Positions 13,669 through 26,045 of a stretch of DNA of 64,000 bases are shown here, one piece after another. The notes beneath the pieces were generated by a model. That model saw nothing but the letters and a program-made list of their open reading frames with translations. It was not told where the DNA came from and made no database searches. The stretch is from Eutreptiella sp. 'Long Island Sound 2002'. Taxonomy: Eukaryota; Protista; Euglenida. Location of the stretch: NCBI GenBank assembly GCA_964036045.1, contig OZ038379.1, positions 22,630,001-22,694,000 of the forward strand, given 5' to 3'. Made by a program: the position numbers and the translations under genes. Every line of letters begins with the position of its first letter. Within the stretch, counting starts at the first letter, position 1.

Positions 13669-14109
13669 CAAAACCTTGGTCGTCTTCAAGGTGATTCTCG
13701 AACCGAGATGCTCAAGATCATCGATCGGTATGGCCACGTCCACAACTGCAGAGAAGTCAACGTGGTCATCGTCGCTTGAAGGCTCTCGATCGCCGATACT
13801 TGAGTGGCGAGTCGACACCAGGACCGGACAGTTCTTCTTCGACGATGCTGTTGGTTATAACTACAACCAGAAGTATCGATGGACACCTGGCCAACCCTAT
13901 GGTATTGACACCTCTCAGTCTTCCCCCTAGTAAACAAGTGACAGGTATTCTTGGGTGAGTATCCTAGCCTCTGCGTGCGCAATATGCACGCAGTGCGAGA
14001 TCTTGGCCTGTGTCGCGCGCAAGCTACACCCGTGTCCAAGCTACGGTAGGCGTAGGGGCCGTATTAATTTGGGACTTTTGCGTAGCTTATACAAGGGGGA
14101 CCGTGAGCA

Positions 14110-15273
14110 GTGAGCAGGCCAGCAGAAAAAGAAAGAGCCCGAAACTGGGAGGAACGCAAGCAGCAAAACAGCTGGGCACAAGGCCGCCCTACACACGGCA
14201 GGGAGACGAGCCCCAACAGGACACACAACAAGACACAAGGGAACCATGAGGTGCGAGCACTGCAGCAACCACCAAATGCAGCGCACGCCGAGCGAGCCAT
14301 CAGCAAACACCCCCCCTCCCTCTACAAGGTGCCCACGTACTCCACAAGGGCAGGGGTTGCGCCCCGCGCTCCGGGAGGTGCCCGCCACGGGGGTGGCAAC
14401 AGGGCCGTGAACAGCCAACCGGGCACGGGGCAGTCCACGTTGTGTGGAGATGTGAAATCCTCGTATGGGGGGGCAGGCGGGTGGGACAGGAGGGGGTGCG
14501 CGACATGGGCACCCAGGAGCGCCACCAGACAGGGGGAGGAGCAACACAGACACACAGAACGCGGGAGCCACACCAGGAGGGACAAGGGCGGGCACAGCAG
14601 ACAAGGAGGAGGGGCACAGCAAGGCGGGAGAGGCAACTGGAACAGCGGGAACAGAGAACCAGAATGGAGCGGATGGCAGAGCGTGCGCATGGGAGGCAGC
14701 GACAATAAAGGGGATGGCCTGGCCAGCCAACCCCGTCGCTACCGGGTGCCAGGGCAACCCCTGCTCAACCGGCATCAGGTGGGGGGTGTCTCCCGCAGCC
14801 CAGATGGGCTGTTTGCGCAACAGGAGTGGGAGCCCATCAGGGGCAGACCAACCGTGAGGGGGAAAAGAACATATGGTGGACGGCCCGGACAGCGCGTGGA
14901 GGAACAGGGCACCTGGGCCGCACAGAAACACAGCGAGGCAGGCGATGGACGGCCTGTGGACAGAGGTGTGTGGACAGCAAACACAGTCAATCGACCCCGG
15001 CAACAACCAGCACATCCTCAATACGCCAACTATTGGGCGCCGCTGACACGCAAACGGCACACCATGCCACATTCAGCACAGTCCCAACACGCCAACTACT
15101 GGGCTCCGCGAACGCGGAAACGACACCAGCAAGAGCACCGGCCGCAGCGGCCGACAGAAAGTAGCGACCCGACGCAACATGCGAAGGGAAGAACGGGTGA
15201 CCGTCCAGGGCCCCGTAAAGGAGCAACAACCAGACGGAATGTCACACAGGGGGGGGTAACCAAGATGGGTTGA
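14110..15273 (+). other. Long Gly/Arg/Gln-rich ORF of 387 codons; coding status uncertain, possibly retroelement-derived
   Basis: Open frame in A/G-skewed sequence with an internal duplicated ANYWAPxTRKRH motif; no recognisable domain. Confidence 0.25.
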
Positions 15274-16764
15274 GAGTGGTGAATCGGCAATGCAAGAGGG
15301 AGTCCATCTCCTTTGCCATCGCAAGTTCAAACTCGCCATCCGACTGCTCTCCACCTCCGCCGCCCAACACACAGCCAAGTTCCCCCCCAAAGGCCCTGGT
15401 CCTTCACCACTGCCACAAGAACCGGGAAGGTCCCCCTCATAGTCTCCTCTAGTCCAGGTTGGGTCGCCTAATTCTAAGGGTGTTTCAAAGGGGCGTGCCT
15501 AGGGGCTCTTTTGGGGGAACATAGTCCAAAAGTAGCGCGCAGTGCGCACGCAGTGCAAGGATTCCCCCAAAGAAGCGTCGTCGGTGGAGCCCACAGAGTT
15601 TCCGACGACAGCCATGGTTTTGAAGGCTGCTTTTACAGTGACCGTATCAGGTGCGACACATGGATAGATTAATTGGCTCTACCTCAAAGGGCAAAGCATA
15701 TTCTGTCTGGCTGTTACGCAGGAGTTTCAAGTCGCGCAGCGAGGGTCGTTCTCCGTTGTACCGCATGGTTCCGCTTTGTCTGCCCGGAGAGAGCTCAAAA
15801 GGAATCCTTTTTCGCGAGCAGAAAATCAAGTACCCCATGATAGTAGTGTAGTACGCGATGAGCTGAGAATCAGAGCTTCTAGACTCGCTGGACCTCAGAC
15901 TGGAACACGCGGTTATTTCTTGGCTCTGACACCGCCCATTCGAAGTTCTTTTTTGTCGAAGTCGATTTTGAGACTGCGTCGCGCTTGGTCACAGTCGTTA
16001 CCCACATTTTGCCCTCTTACCGTTGCGCCGGTACACATGCCAAGAGGTAGACACAGCAAAAGTGCGTCTCGAAGTGACAATGGAGCGGTCTTTTCGGGAC
16101 AAGCACATGCCATTCTTTTATGCGTATGTTTTGGGAGCCCCGTGGGAATTGGGAGAGGTGTCCACCTTGGGGAAGGTGAGCATACAAATTATGCACTCCA
16201 AGCGCATACACGTGGGCCTTACGAAAGATTGCCTTTCTTTTGTGGAGAAGAATATGGAGAAGAATATGAAATGGGCTGACAACAATGGGACTAGAAATTC
16301 GCGATGAACAAACGGGTAAGGCCCTCATAGGGGGCGGCTCAGAGGCAACCACACAAGCCTCGGACGTGCCGGAAGCATGGGGTGCTTGCCAGTTAGGTAG
16401 CATAGCATACTGGAAGTGCACTGGGACCTCGCGTGGAGGCCCTTGGTTCGAACCTCGGCGTGTAGATTGTGGCGCCATGGGGGTTGGGGCAACTCTTTTT
16501 CTGCTTAGGTCGTGCGGGAGATGCGGGGGGTGGGTCGGACGAACGTGTAATCAATAGTCCTAATTGGCTAAAGGCGCCGAGACCCAAGCCATCAGGGCAG
16601 GAGGGCAGATGCACAAGATATGCACGCACATGTGAGGGCAGCTTTGCCGCCTTGCTGGACACTTGGGCGCGGCCCCGCCTCGTTTGGACAATTGGTGGCC
16701 GCGGCTGTGCTGCGTCTGCCGGAAATTTGAACAATGTTTTCCTACTAGTGGGACACCGGGGGTA

Positions 16765-17010
16765 ATAGCCATCGTCGGATTATGGCTAAGCATGGGACTG
16801 CTTCGCCGCGTTTGCTGAACATGTGCACTAAGATGTTACCGGTGTGAAGCTAGAGGGTGACGACCATTGTTGAATTATGGCTAAGCATGGGACCCGATTT
16901 GAACCAAATGGTGGCCGTGGCTCCACCGCGTTCTCCGGACCTGCAAACCGAAGTGATGCCGGTGTGATGTTGGAGGGTGACGACCATTGTCGGATTATGG
17001 CTAAGCATGG
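16765..17010. repeat. Three copies of a ~30-45 bp motif (...GACCATTGTYGRATTATGGCTAAGCATGG) with unequal spacers
   Basis: ATTATGGCTAAGCATGG starts at 16779, 16874 and 16994. Confidence 0.8.
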
Positions 17011-18134
17011 CGCCTGCTTGCGCCTGCTTGCGCAAGAGGGGGGGGGGGGGGTACATTGTGTGTGTGCATGTCTGTGTTGGGTGGGAGTTGCACACACTGC
17101 GAGTGCACACTTCTTTGTAATGGGGACTGGTGTGTCAATTGTTTCAGGCAGCAAGACCAAGTATTTTGCTGTTATAGTGATGGCTGGCCGACAAGGACCT
17201 AATTTGGCCAGTGGGGGAAAAAAGCGCATGGCACACTTTGCAAAGGGGGAGTATCAGCCCGCCGGGCATCCTTTTTAGACCATTCCCCACCCATGCCTGT
17301 CCCCCCCCACCCCCCAAACTATCTGTATAAAGAGGGTGGTGCCATCCACAGTGAGTAGGAATGGTGACTGCCTGCACGTTCGGTTGACGGGTCGGGCTGA
17401 CTTGATAAGGCTGTTTCAAAAAACACTCTTTAGGCAGGCAAACCCGGTCACAGGGGACGCTGTACGGTTCCTCTACACGCTGCTGAGCACGCCGCCGTGC
17501 GAACGGCGGTACGCCTGAGTTGCACGGGCAAGCAGAGGGGGGGGGGGGGTAAGACGAGGCAGAGACCAAGGGAAGAGAGGGACATAGAGAAACCCGTGGG
17601 GAGGGCGAAGAGGAAGAGAAACCCCCTTGGGAGGGCGAAGAGCAAGACATACCCCCTTGGGAGGGCAAAGAGGAAGAAGCACACAGAGAGAGAGGCCTGC
17701 AGAGCGAGAGGTTTGAGACTAACGGGCGCTGTGGGAGGGTGGTGGGAGCGAGCTGACCCAGACAGCCTAAGAACTTTCGATAGCCCCCTGGAGTGGCGAA
17801 TGCACTGATCTGGTTTGCGTTGCAGTGCAGCAAGGCAAAACATTGAACTGAGTGTGGTGATGACCATGCGCCTGTGACACGGGGGCGTATGCGAGCCCAA
17901 TATCCGTTGCCTCATAGCCCCGAACTATCTGCCCCCAAGACTTCAGGGGTGATGTAGACCCTTCTGAATTTGTCCCCTTCTATTGGGGACCCGCGAGAAG
18001 GCAGGAGTTATGTTGCCAATCTGCCCATTTTTGGGCCCCCGAGAAGGTAGGAGTGATGTAGCCATTTCTGATTTTTGTCCCCTCTTATTGGGGACCCTCG
18101 AGGAGGCAGGGGTTAGGTAGCCAATCCGCCCATT

Positions 18135-18593
18135 GTGTCATTCATTGGAAGAAAGAATGGAACTTTGACAGCCCGCCAACAATGTTATAATGATGTACAT
18201 TGGTGGTGCCACACACGCATTGAGCAATTGGTTGCTCGCTTGTGGCATTGGGGCTTGGTTAGGAACATTTGGTGTGGCGGCCCCGATGAGTTGCACCAGT
18301 CAGTACGTATATTGTTGCATTTTTGTCAATTTTGCATTCTGAGGCAGGTCCGCCACCCTCCCTATGCTCCTTATGGACCATGGGACCATGTTCCGCCTCA
18401 TGTTTGGACGGACAAGAGCAACTCGGCCGCCACGGAGGATGAGGGAGAAGATGAGGTAGAAGTGTGTGCGTTGTGTTGTCACAAGCGCTCCACCGTCACA
18501 ATTTGTGGTGAGTGTAAGGAGCACTATTGTTGTGAATGTATTGTCATCCACACTGGTGGGGATAATATTATTTGTTACTCACATTTTGAGTGA
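18135..18593 (+). other. Repeated small ORF (RLWHW...GPWDHVPPHVW, acidic linker, CALCC...CGEC...CCEC..H); likely transposon-derived
   Basis: Homologous frames at about 20150-20375 and 21190-21380; the C-terminal Cys cluster resembles transposase cysteine-rich tails (inference). Confidence 0.45.
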
Positions 18594-20538
18594 CATTTTG
18601 CGTTGTTGAATTCTCATATTCCGGCTCATGCAACGTGCTTTGCTGGGAAGGTTTGCGGTCCAGTGCAGTCTACTTGGGGGACTTCCCTAGGTGAGGACAA
18701 ACTTGGGAGATCCAGGAGGCTTAAAACAAAGGTAGCCGAGCACCCGCCGGGCAAACATTCCCCCAAATGCGGTGCCGTGCACGATAGATGGTTGCTTCAG
18801 TGGGGGACGGGGGTGCGTAGCGGCTGCACGTTAATTGTGAGGCGGACGAGTGGAGATGAAAACAACAGTGACAACCCTTGTTAGCCTGACAAGTGCAATG
18901 GTGCAATGCAATGCAGTCCCATGCCAATATCCTGGAGGGGCAATACATGCATTCCCTTTTATACATTTCATAGTCAGTGTGTGCAGCAGGTAAGCACACA
19001 GATGCATGGCCTTACACGGCGAGGCTCATTTCAATCGATTGCACACCTGTGTTTTTTGGGGGTTGAAGGGGCTATGCACGTGTTTTATCTGCGTGTGCAG
19101 ACGACAGGTCCACAGGCTAGGGCACCCACTTTGTATTTACATTCTGCAGCCTGTGAGACAGACTTAGGATCCCGACAGACAAAATTTGAAGCCGCCAAGT
19201 TGAATGTGGATGCACACAAAGCCTATGGCGCATGTCCAAAGCATGATACCAAAAAGTGAAGCTATGGCGCGCAAGTAAGCAGGGGTGAAGAATACTGGAT
19301 TGCACAAGTTATGGCATGCGTGTTGACAAAGTTTTCTCTGGATGTGCTTTTTTGGGCTGAACGAAAAACTGCTAAATGGAGAGATGGAGAGAAGATTGCA
19401 TGGGGCCTGCCACTTTCTATGACACAGGGTCTCTCAAGCCTGAATCTTGACCCCTGTGTAGATGAACTAGGTGTGTAAGCCCTTCAACCTCTCGTCTAAA
19501 CAGCTGAATGTGTTTGCCAGTAGTTAAATCCTTCCCCCAGCTAACACTGAACATCGGCACATGGTTGATGTGCGGTGTGCGACAGAGGTTTCGTGCACAC
19601 ACTTCCATGATTGTGGCTTCCTTTGCGAGGTGGCTAGATGTAAAGCCTCACTGCTGCACGGTTTGGTGATCAAGTTCTTGAGCACGAGAGACAATACGAG
19701 TGAGGGGTGTGTAAGCAATGGTGGGTCAATGATGAAATGCGTTGCATGGTTGTTGCATCACTCGCATAGGAGGTCAGCTGTAGGGCCAAGTGGCCTCCCT
19801 ACCACCATCATTGCCGATTTTGCTACCGCTCCTTCTCTGTACACCCCACCATGGTGTGCTAAAGGATCCCATTCTTCTTCCACCAAAGAGTAGCATATTC
19901 AACCCTTCATTGTAAGGAAACCAAACTAGAACAAGGTAGGGCACCTCACGCATCTTCGCTTACCCAAGGGGAGCGTTAGCGCGCCGGGCATCTTTTTGGG
20001 CCCATTCCCCACCCATGACCATTTTCGACTCCCTCCCTACTTTGCCTCACTCCATACCCACACCAAACAATCCTCAAAATTGCCCGTTTAGTTGGGGACA
20101 TGGACTCACAATCCACAAATTGAGTGGCCCCTTGAGTTGGGGATATGGACTCATCATCCGGCGTGGCAGCCCCGATGAGTTGCACCGGTCCGTGCGTGTT
20201 TTGTTGCATTTCACGCGGTTTTGCATTCGGAGGCAGGTCCGCCACCCTCCTCATGGCCCATGGGACCATGTCCCGCCTCATGTTTGGAATGATAAAAGCA
20301 ACTTAGCTGCCACGCAGATAAGGGAGAGGATGAAGCAGAGATGTGTGCTTTGTGTTGTCAAAAGCGCTCGGATGGTGAGAGTTCAATGTGGGTACATCAC
20401 CCCTGCCTTCTCGGGGTCCCCATAGTGGGGAGAAATCAATATGGCTACAAGGTCCCCATGGTGGGGAGAGTTCAATATGGGGGATGGAATATGGGTAAAA
20501 ATGGTTGAAAATGGGCCAAAATGGGTGACAATTAAAAT

Positions 20539-20682
20539 GTGCCACATCCCAAATGCATAGGAAGCTAAAAAAAAACCCACTATGGAACCAAAAACTTGTC
20601 AAAGGGGGCCAAAAGTAGGGTCGGAGTATTCGCCGACATCCAAAACTTCGCACTGCTTGCGCACTGCGTGCATGGCATTCCC
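20539..20682 (-). repeat. ~143-bp repeat, inverted partner of 13526-13668
   Basis: Reverse-complement alignment by eye. Confidence 0.85.
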
Positions 20683-23600
20683 TAAGAAGGGTTGTAAACT
20701 CTCCACTGAAAACCAAGCTTGGCAACTTGCCCTACAAAGTACGTCGCATAGGACAAAATAGCTCAAATGCATGTCACTTCTCATGTGCCTAACAAACGGT
20801 ATTATACACATAATGCATTCAGCACAATAATGCTCCTTGCACTCATTGGCGGAGCACCTATCGATCCACCACCTCACATCTTAAGGGCCGGGGTGATTTG
20901 GATGCGCCATATTATTATACACACGCATCAGATAAGTCACGATCTGATTATCAATATGGCTACATCACCCATGCCTTCTTGGGGCCCCCATAGTGGGGAG
21001 AGTTCAATATGGCTACATCACCCCTGCCTTTTCGCGGTCCCCATAGTGGGGAGAAATCAATATGGCTACATCACCCCTGCCTTCTCGGGGTCCCCATAGT
21101 GGCGCAGAAGGTTCATTGTCCCGCGAATATTTCTTCCAATACCTCTACTTTCTCCGACAAAGTCCCAATTGGGACAATTGTGCTTATCAACCTTGTTCCG
21201 TCACCTCTTTGCACGGTTGTGGCAATGGAGGATTGTCCGCAATGTTTGGACAGGCTCTGCAACGGAGCTGCATGGCCATGTGCGTATTTTGCTCCACCTT
21301 ACTCAATTTTGTATTCGCAGGCAGACTAGGTATCAATACTATGGACCTTGGCCTCATGTGCGTGAGTCTGTGGGCTGAGGAGGAGGCAACCATTGAGGAG
21401 GAGGAAAATGATGATGGTGTGTGTGGCCACCGTCCTGGTGATATATCCGAGTGTGGCAATACCTACTTCACATGCTGGCGATTGTCCTGAAATTTCACGA
21501 TGATCGTCTGAAAATCAGGCTGAAAATGGCCATTTTTGGACACCAAACATGGTTTTGGACATGAAACGGGCTAGATAGCTTGAAATCACCTGAAACTTAC
21601 TTCAAGTGATGCACATTTGCTCTGTGGTCATTTTGAGCTTCTTGGATGCCGGTTTTGAGCCACATTGTCCCCCAACAAAACTATTTATGTGCCTACTGCT
21701 GCTGCAGCTGGTGATTGCAGTGCTTGCAGCAAATGCTCAAATACATTGCTCAACTTGGACCCTAAGGGGAAGTTGTTGCACTGTGTGTGCACTGCACACG
21801 CAGATGCCGGGGTACTCACCCAGGATTGCCTATCTCCTGTTTGATAGCACAGCGAAGCAGCAAAGCCCACAGGATAACAACGAAACTGCCTTCAAATTGG
21901 TGCTCCAATGTCTCTATGAACAAACCACCCAGCCTTGTAAGGTACAACTATGCAGGGGCATGCATGATGCACACATGTTCAAGTGGCAAGTCCCCAAGGA
22001 GGGCCATTCTTCTTCCAAAGCGATTTCCTATGCAATGAGCAAGACGAAGACCCAGCTCGGTCCCAGTCATAAGTCTTGATTTGCGGTTCACTCTAGTCTA
22101 CTTGGGAGGCTTCTCTAGGAAAGGGTAAATCTGGGGTTAACATTGGGATGCTTAATACAAAAGTAGCGCGCTGGGCATGCGCTAGGAAAAAACTCCCCCC
22201 CATACCATAGTGAATGACCTCGCCTGGCATACCCTTTGTATTCAATGGATGAACACTTTGGCCACAGCCCTCATGGGTCTTCGAACCATGCCCTGCTGAT
22301 TTCGCCCAAGACCTAGGCAGTGGACTGCTCAGGACAAAAGTGCCCAAAACTATATGCAGCGATGGTAAGGAGTTCTGGGTCAAGCCACCCGAGCCACCAC
22401 ATAGGCCATGTGCCTAATGCCATTACTTCCACTGGTTTAACCGTACTACTGCCAACTGTACCAGCTGTCACTGGTCAACATCAATCCAATCGCATACGAT
22501 GTCACCACATTGGAGGATGCTACCTTCCATGACAAACCCCCTCCCCCCCTTGACACTCACCGCACTGCCCTCCTCTCAGCCATTGTTAAACACCTCTCAC
22601 ATCACACTATCCCTAAACCTTGCCGCACGCCTCCCTTTTAAGTAGGGTTCAGCATGTGTCTTCTTCCCTGTGCGCAGGATGCAATGGCAAGCTAGTTGCA
22701 AGTCCTTGGTTGGCTCACATTCCTCAATGACATAGTCAACTGTGAGCTTGTCTCTTATGCTTTGAGCCCCTTCCTTGACACCCTGGGGCCTTACAACCTC
22801 GCCTGCAAGCGACGGGATGTCGTGCAGGATGCCCCTGTCGCCCCTTGCAGCATGCACCCATGACATTTGTGCAGTCAAGCAGTCTGTGGGAGGAACACAT
22901 TTCCTGACAGCAGGCCATCATCTTTAGCATGCCCAGTCCCCAACAGTAGGTGCATGTCCACCCAAGCACTGAGTGCTGAGAATTCGACAGCAAACCTACA
23001 CAAGACCACTTTGCTGCTGACCACATCTGACTAAGGGCACAACAAGGGCGCCAAGAAAGACTGCTGTTGGTACCTGCAGTATGAGGACTCGACACAAATC
23101 CACCAGCGCAATTGGGAAATTTTGGTGTCGCTTTGTATATCCTCCTTGACGGAACCACCGCTACTCTCCAGTTCTCCAGAGTAGTAGGCGTGCGGAGGGG
23201 AGGCACCACAGGGGGTGAGGTTTTGAAGGAGACTAGGGTGGGTATGGGACCTGTGCTTGGTTGGTCTCCCGGCTTCATACTGTGAAATGAATCTCCCAGG
23301 GGCACCTCAGCACTTAAAGCATATCCCTGCACCCTATTTGCCAATCAGGGATGCATGTGACACAGTGTGCGGTGCAACTACCACAGCAATTGGCAGCACA
23401 GTGGGAAGTAGGAAGTGCGCATTTTTGTGCGGTAGAATTTGTGCAGTGTGGTGGCAGTTGACTGTGATGACTGGTTAGTGATCTGTGATTGGTGCCCTAT
23501 TGAGGGTGACTGGTGTTCAGGTGATGGTCGTGGGTGCTCAGTGATGAAAGCTAGTGGTGATGCTGGCGATGGCAGGATAGATGCACCGGGACCATCACCT

Positions 23601-24037
23601 CGAAACAGGTGTGTGGTGATGTGCGCGGTGTGCAGGGTGTGTGCGCAGCGCAAGCACTTCCCCACAGGGCCCATTGACAGGGCACTGCTGTTTGAAGCCC
23701 TTTGGAGGGGAGACGAGGGTTATGGTGGGGGCATACCAGAGAATTACTTGAAGGGGTTGGCCATAAAGGCGGTTGGGGGGGGGGGGGGGGACTTCTATAC
23801 ATCCAAAACAGTAGGTGTCTCGTCCCCGAACCGCTGCCAAACGCTTTTGCAACCACCAGAAAGCCCTCTGCCGATCCACTTTAGCAGCGCTTTTCTGACT
23901 GCACCTGCAAAGCCTCATCAGACTCTCCCCTTGAACAATTTCCTGTGGGCCACCCTGTGCACCAAAGAGTGAAGCCGGGTGTTTTGCATGCCATTTCCAC
24001 GTGCAGCTCTGTGCATGTGGCCCCATCCCCCGCCCGG

Positions 24038-24343
24038 ATGTCCTTCCAATGCTCCGGTGGCACCAAACTCGGCGTCATAAGTCTTCTGGCCGTGGCCGCA
24101 ACGTACTTCTTGGCGAAGCCCGCCTCCACCGGCGAATGCACCTCCTCTGCAGTCCCTGCGGCCCCCTCCCATGACCAAGTGGCACTGCAGCGCCTGCGCC
24201 GCGAACTTGCGACCAGAAAGCGGCAGCTGCAGCGCGTCCTCTCTGTCGAAGAGCCCGAGTGCGATGCGCTGGACGAGCACGCCTGCCTCAAGCCCAAGTA
24301 TCACGTCAGTGCGATGCTCTCTGCCTCAGGCGTGACGTGTCAG
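24038..24343 (+). CDS. FkbM-family (Methyltransf_21) methyltransferase, exon 1 (signal anchor plus coiled stalk)
   Basis: ATG at 24038: MSFQCSGGTKLGVISLLAVAATYFLAKP...LQRLRRELATRKRQLQRV...; CAG|GTAC donor, phase 0; 102 codons. All four exons join in frame to 360 aa. Confidence 0.75.
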
Positions 24344-24371
24344 GTACCCCCCGCCCCCCCGCTCACTTGCC

Positions 24372-24441
24372 TGCCGCAGGGGGATTCGAACCCCCGTCTT
24401 CAGGGCAGCAGCCGGCTGCACAGCCGCTGCGGTACACGGCC
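24372..24441 (-). other. tRNA-derived SINE head or tRNA pseudogene
   Basis: Minus strand has A-box-like TACCGCAGCGG, a perfect T-arm GGGGG-TTCGAAT-CCCCC and 6/7 acceptor-stem pairs; the anticodon stem is broken. Confidence 0.65.
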
Positions 24442-25975
24442 CAAAAGCCTGCACTATGCATCACAGCACACAGGAAGAAAGTGTCCAAGCCGTCAGCATT
24501 GAACCAGAGGCTGGGCCTACGGCCCCCTCACAGCAGTTACAACACGTCCAGATGTACCGGTAGTGGTGACAAGAAATAGGGAGGGAATGGACTAGGACTA
24601 GTACATGTCAGCACACTGAGACAATACCATGAGGTTTGGCCGATCGGGTGCCAGCTTTTACCGCGAGACCACATGACTTGTCGAGGTGCCCACACCCCAT
24701 GTGTGTAGATGCACGCCGCTTGGCGGAACAAGAAAAACACGGTGCAGCTTACATAACCTCAGGAGAGGGAGGAGCCAATGACCGATCGTTCAGATGAATG
24801 CTGTACGTATAGAAGAGCTCACTGTACATACTTGTGATGTTGGGAGCACAGACTCTAACGGGACTGAGCATCTACGGTTCGAGAACGCTATTGCCCTGCT
24901 GTAGACCCGCTCTATGTTGTTGAATGTGTTTGCGGCCCCCCGCTCACCCCTTTATCATGTTTTGTCCATGCCGGATAGGCCAGTTGTCAGCTTAGAGCTA
25001 CCCTCCACCCCCACCCCGAGAAGGGCCCCAGCCGTCCCACGCTCCATTAAACTTCACGATGTCATCACCCCCTCAAGAGACACCCCCTCCCTACTCCCTA
25101 TGCGGGAATATCGCGCAAGAGCGCAATGACAATGAGATGCCGGGGATTTCCAGACGACTCAATTTTTCAGAGTCACGGAACTCACTGGCCAGCTCGGAGG
25201 AACAGTTATCTTCCCGTACAGTCAGTCTGAATTCAGACACATCCTCACCTGAAGGGCCGGTTGGCTCAGACGGCGGTTCAGCCAGTAGCTCAACCATAAC
25301 CCTTAGTCACAGTAATTCGCATAGCACCCTCAGCACAAATTCTTCTGACACAGCATCGACTGCAAGCTTGCATGATTCCGACATTATGGATGGCCCACAG
25401 AACACCTGGGAAAACCTAGGACTTGTGGAGTTGGAAACCCCGGCCCGGCCGAGACAACGTCGTAGGCTGAACACATCCAGCACGGACGTGAGCACCCGAT
25501 CCTACCTGAACAGCCCACGGGTCTCTTATTCCTCTGGCTGCCACACGCCGGTGACAGATTCGGACTAGAGAGGGCGGCTCCTCCCCCTTAAGGTAATGTC
25601 TTGTCAGGTTATGAACCGCGTTTACACCTAATAGCGTAAGAGGCATGGACGGTCTAGTGGTATGCGCCATGGGTGGCGCTCGCCGTCGTCTGGGGTTTGA
25701 ACCCCGGTTCGTCCGTCCGTCCAGGGGCCCGTTGGCGAGGTCCCCGCCACCGCCCCCTTCAGCATCCCCCTCCACCATCGTTACCGCCGGTGGATGGGTG
25801 GCGTGCCTCGTCCTCGTAGTTTTTCTTTTGTCCAGTCTAGATGTCATAGGTATATGCACCAGTCCGGAAGATCATAACTCAAAGCAAAAACAAGGCACCA
25901 AGCACAGCACACCTGCAGCAGTGCCCCCCGTCACTGGTACCGCCGGCCGCCGGGAGCCACATCTCCTCCTCGTAC

Positions 25976-26045
25976 TCCCCTTGGGGGATTCGAACTGCCG
26001 TCTTCGGGGCAGCAGCCGGCTGCACAGCCGCTGCAGTGCGAGGCC
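25976..26045 (-). other. Second copy of the tRNA-like SINE head
   Basis: GGGGATTCGAAC...GGCAGCAGCCGGCTGCACAGCCGCTGC...GGCCCAAAA is nearly identical to 24380-24446. Confidence 0.6.

Larger units (their letters stand above)
17940..21100. mobile_element. Composite foldback-like element(s): inverted 53-bp repeat arrays around small His/Trp-rich plus Cys-cluster ORFs
   Basis: GAGAAGGCAGGGGTGATGTAGCC-type units at 17945-18125 are inverted relative to GGCTACATCACCCCTGCCTTCTC units at 20390-20480 and 20955-21100 (period 53: 20955, 21008, 21061). Confidence 0.55.

Noticed and set aside
18280-18295. CCGATGAG as a hammerhead core in the His/Trp cassette
   Set aside because: Not CUGAUGA, there is no matching GAAA or stems, and it is explained by the codons for PDE.
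25059-25568. Ser-rich 169-aa ORF as a nested gene
   Set aside because: Low complexity, no domain, lies in the FkbM intron between repeats; more likely retroelement debris.
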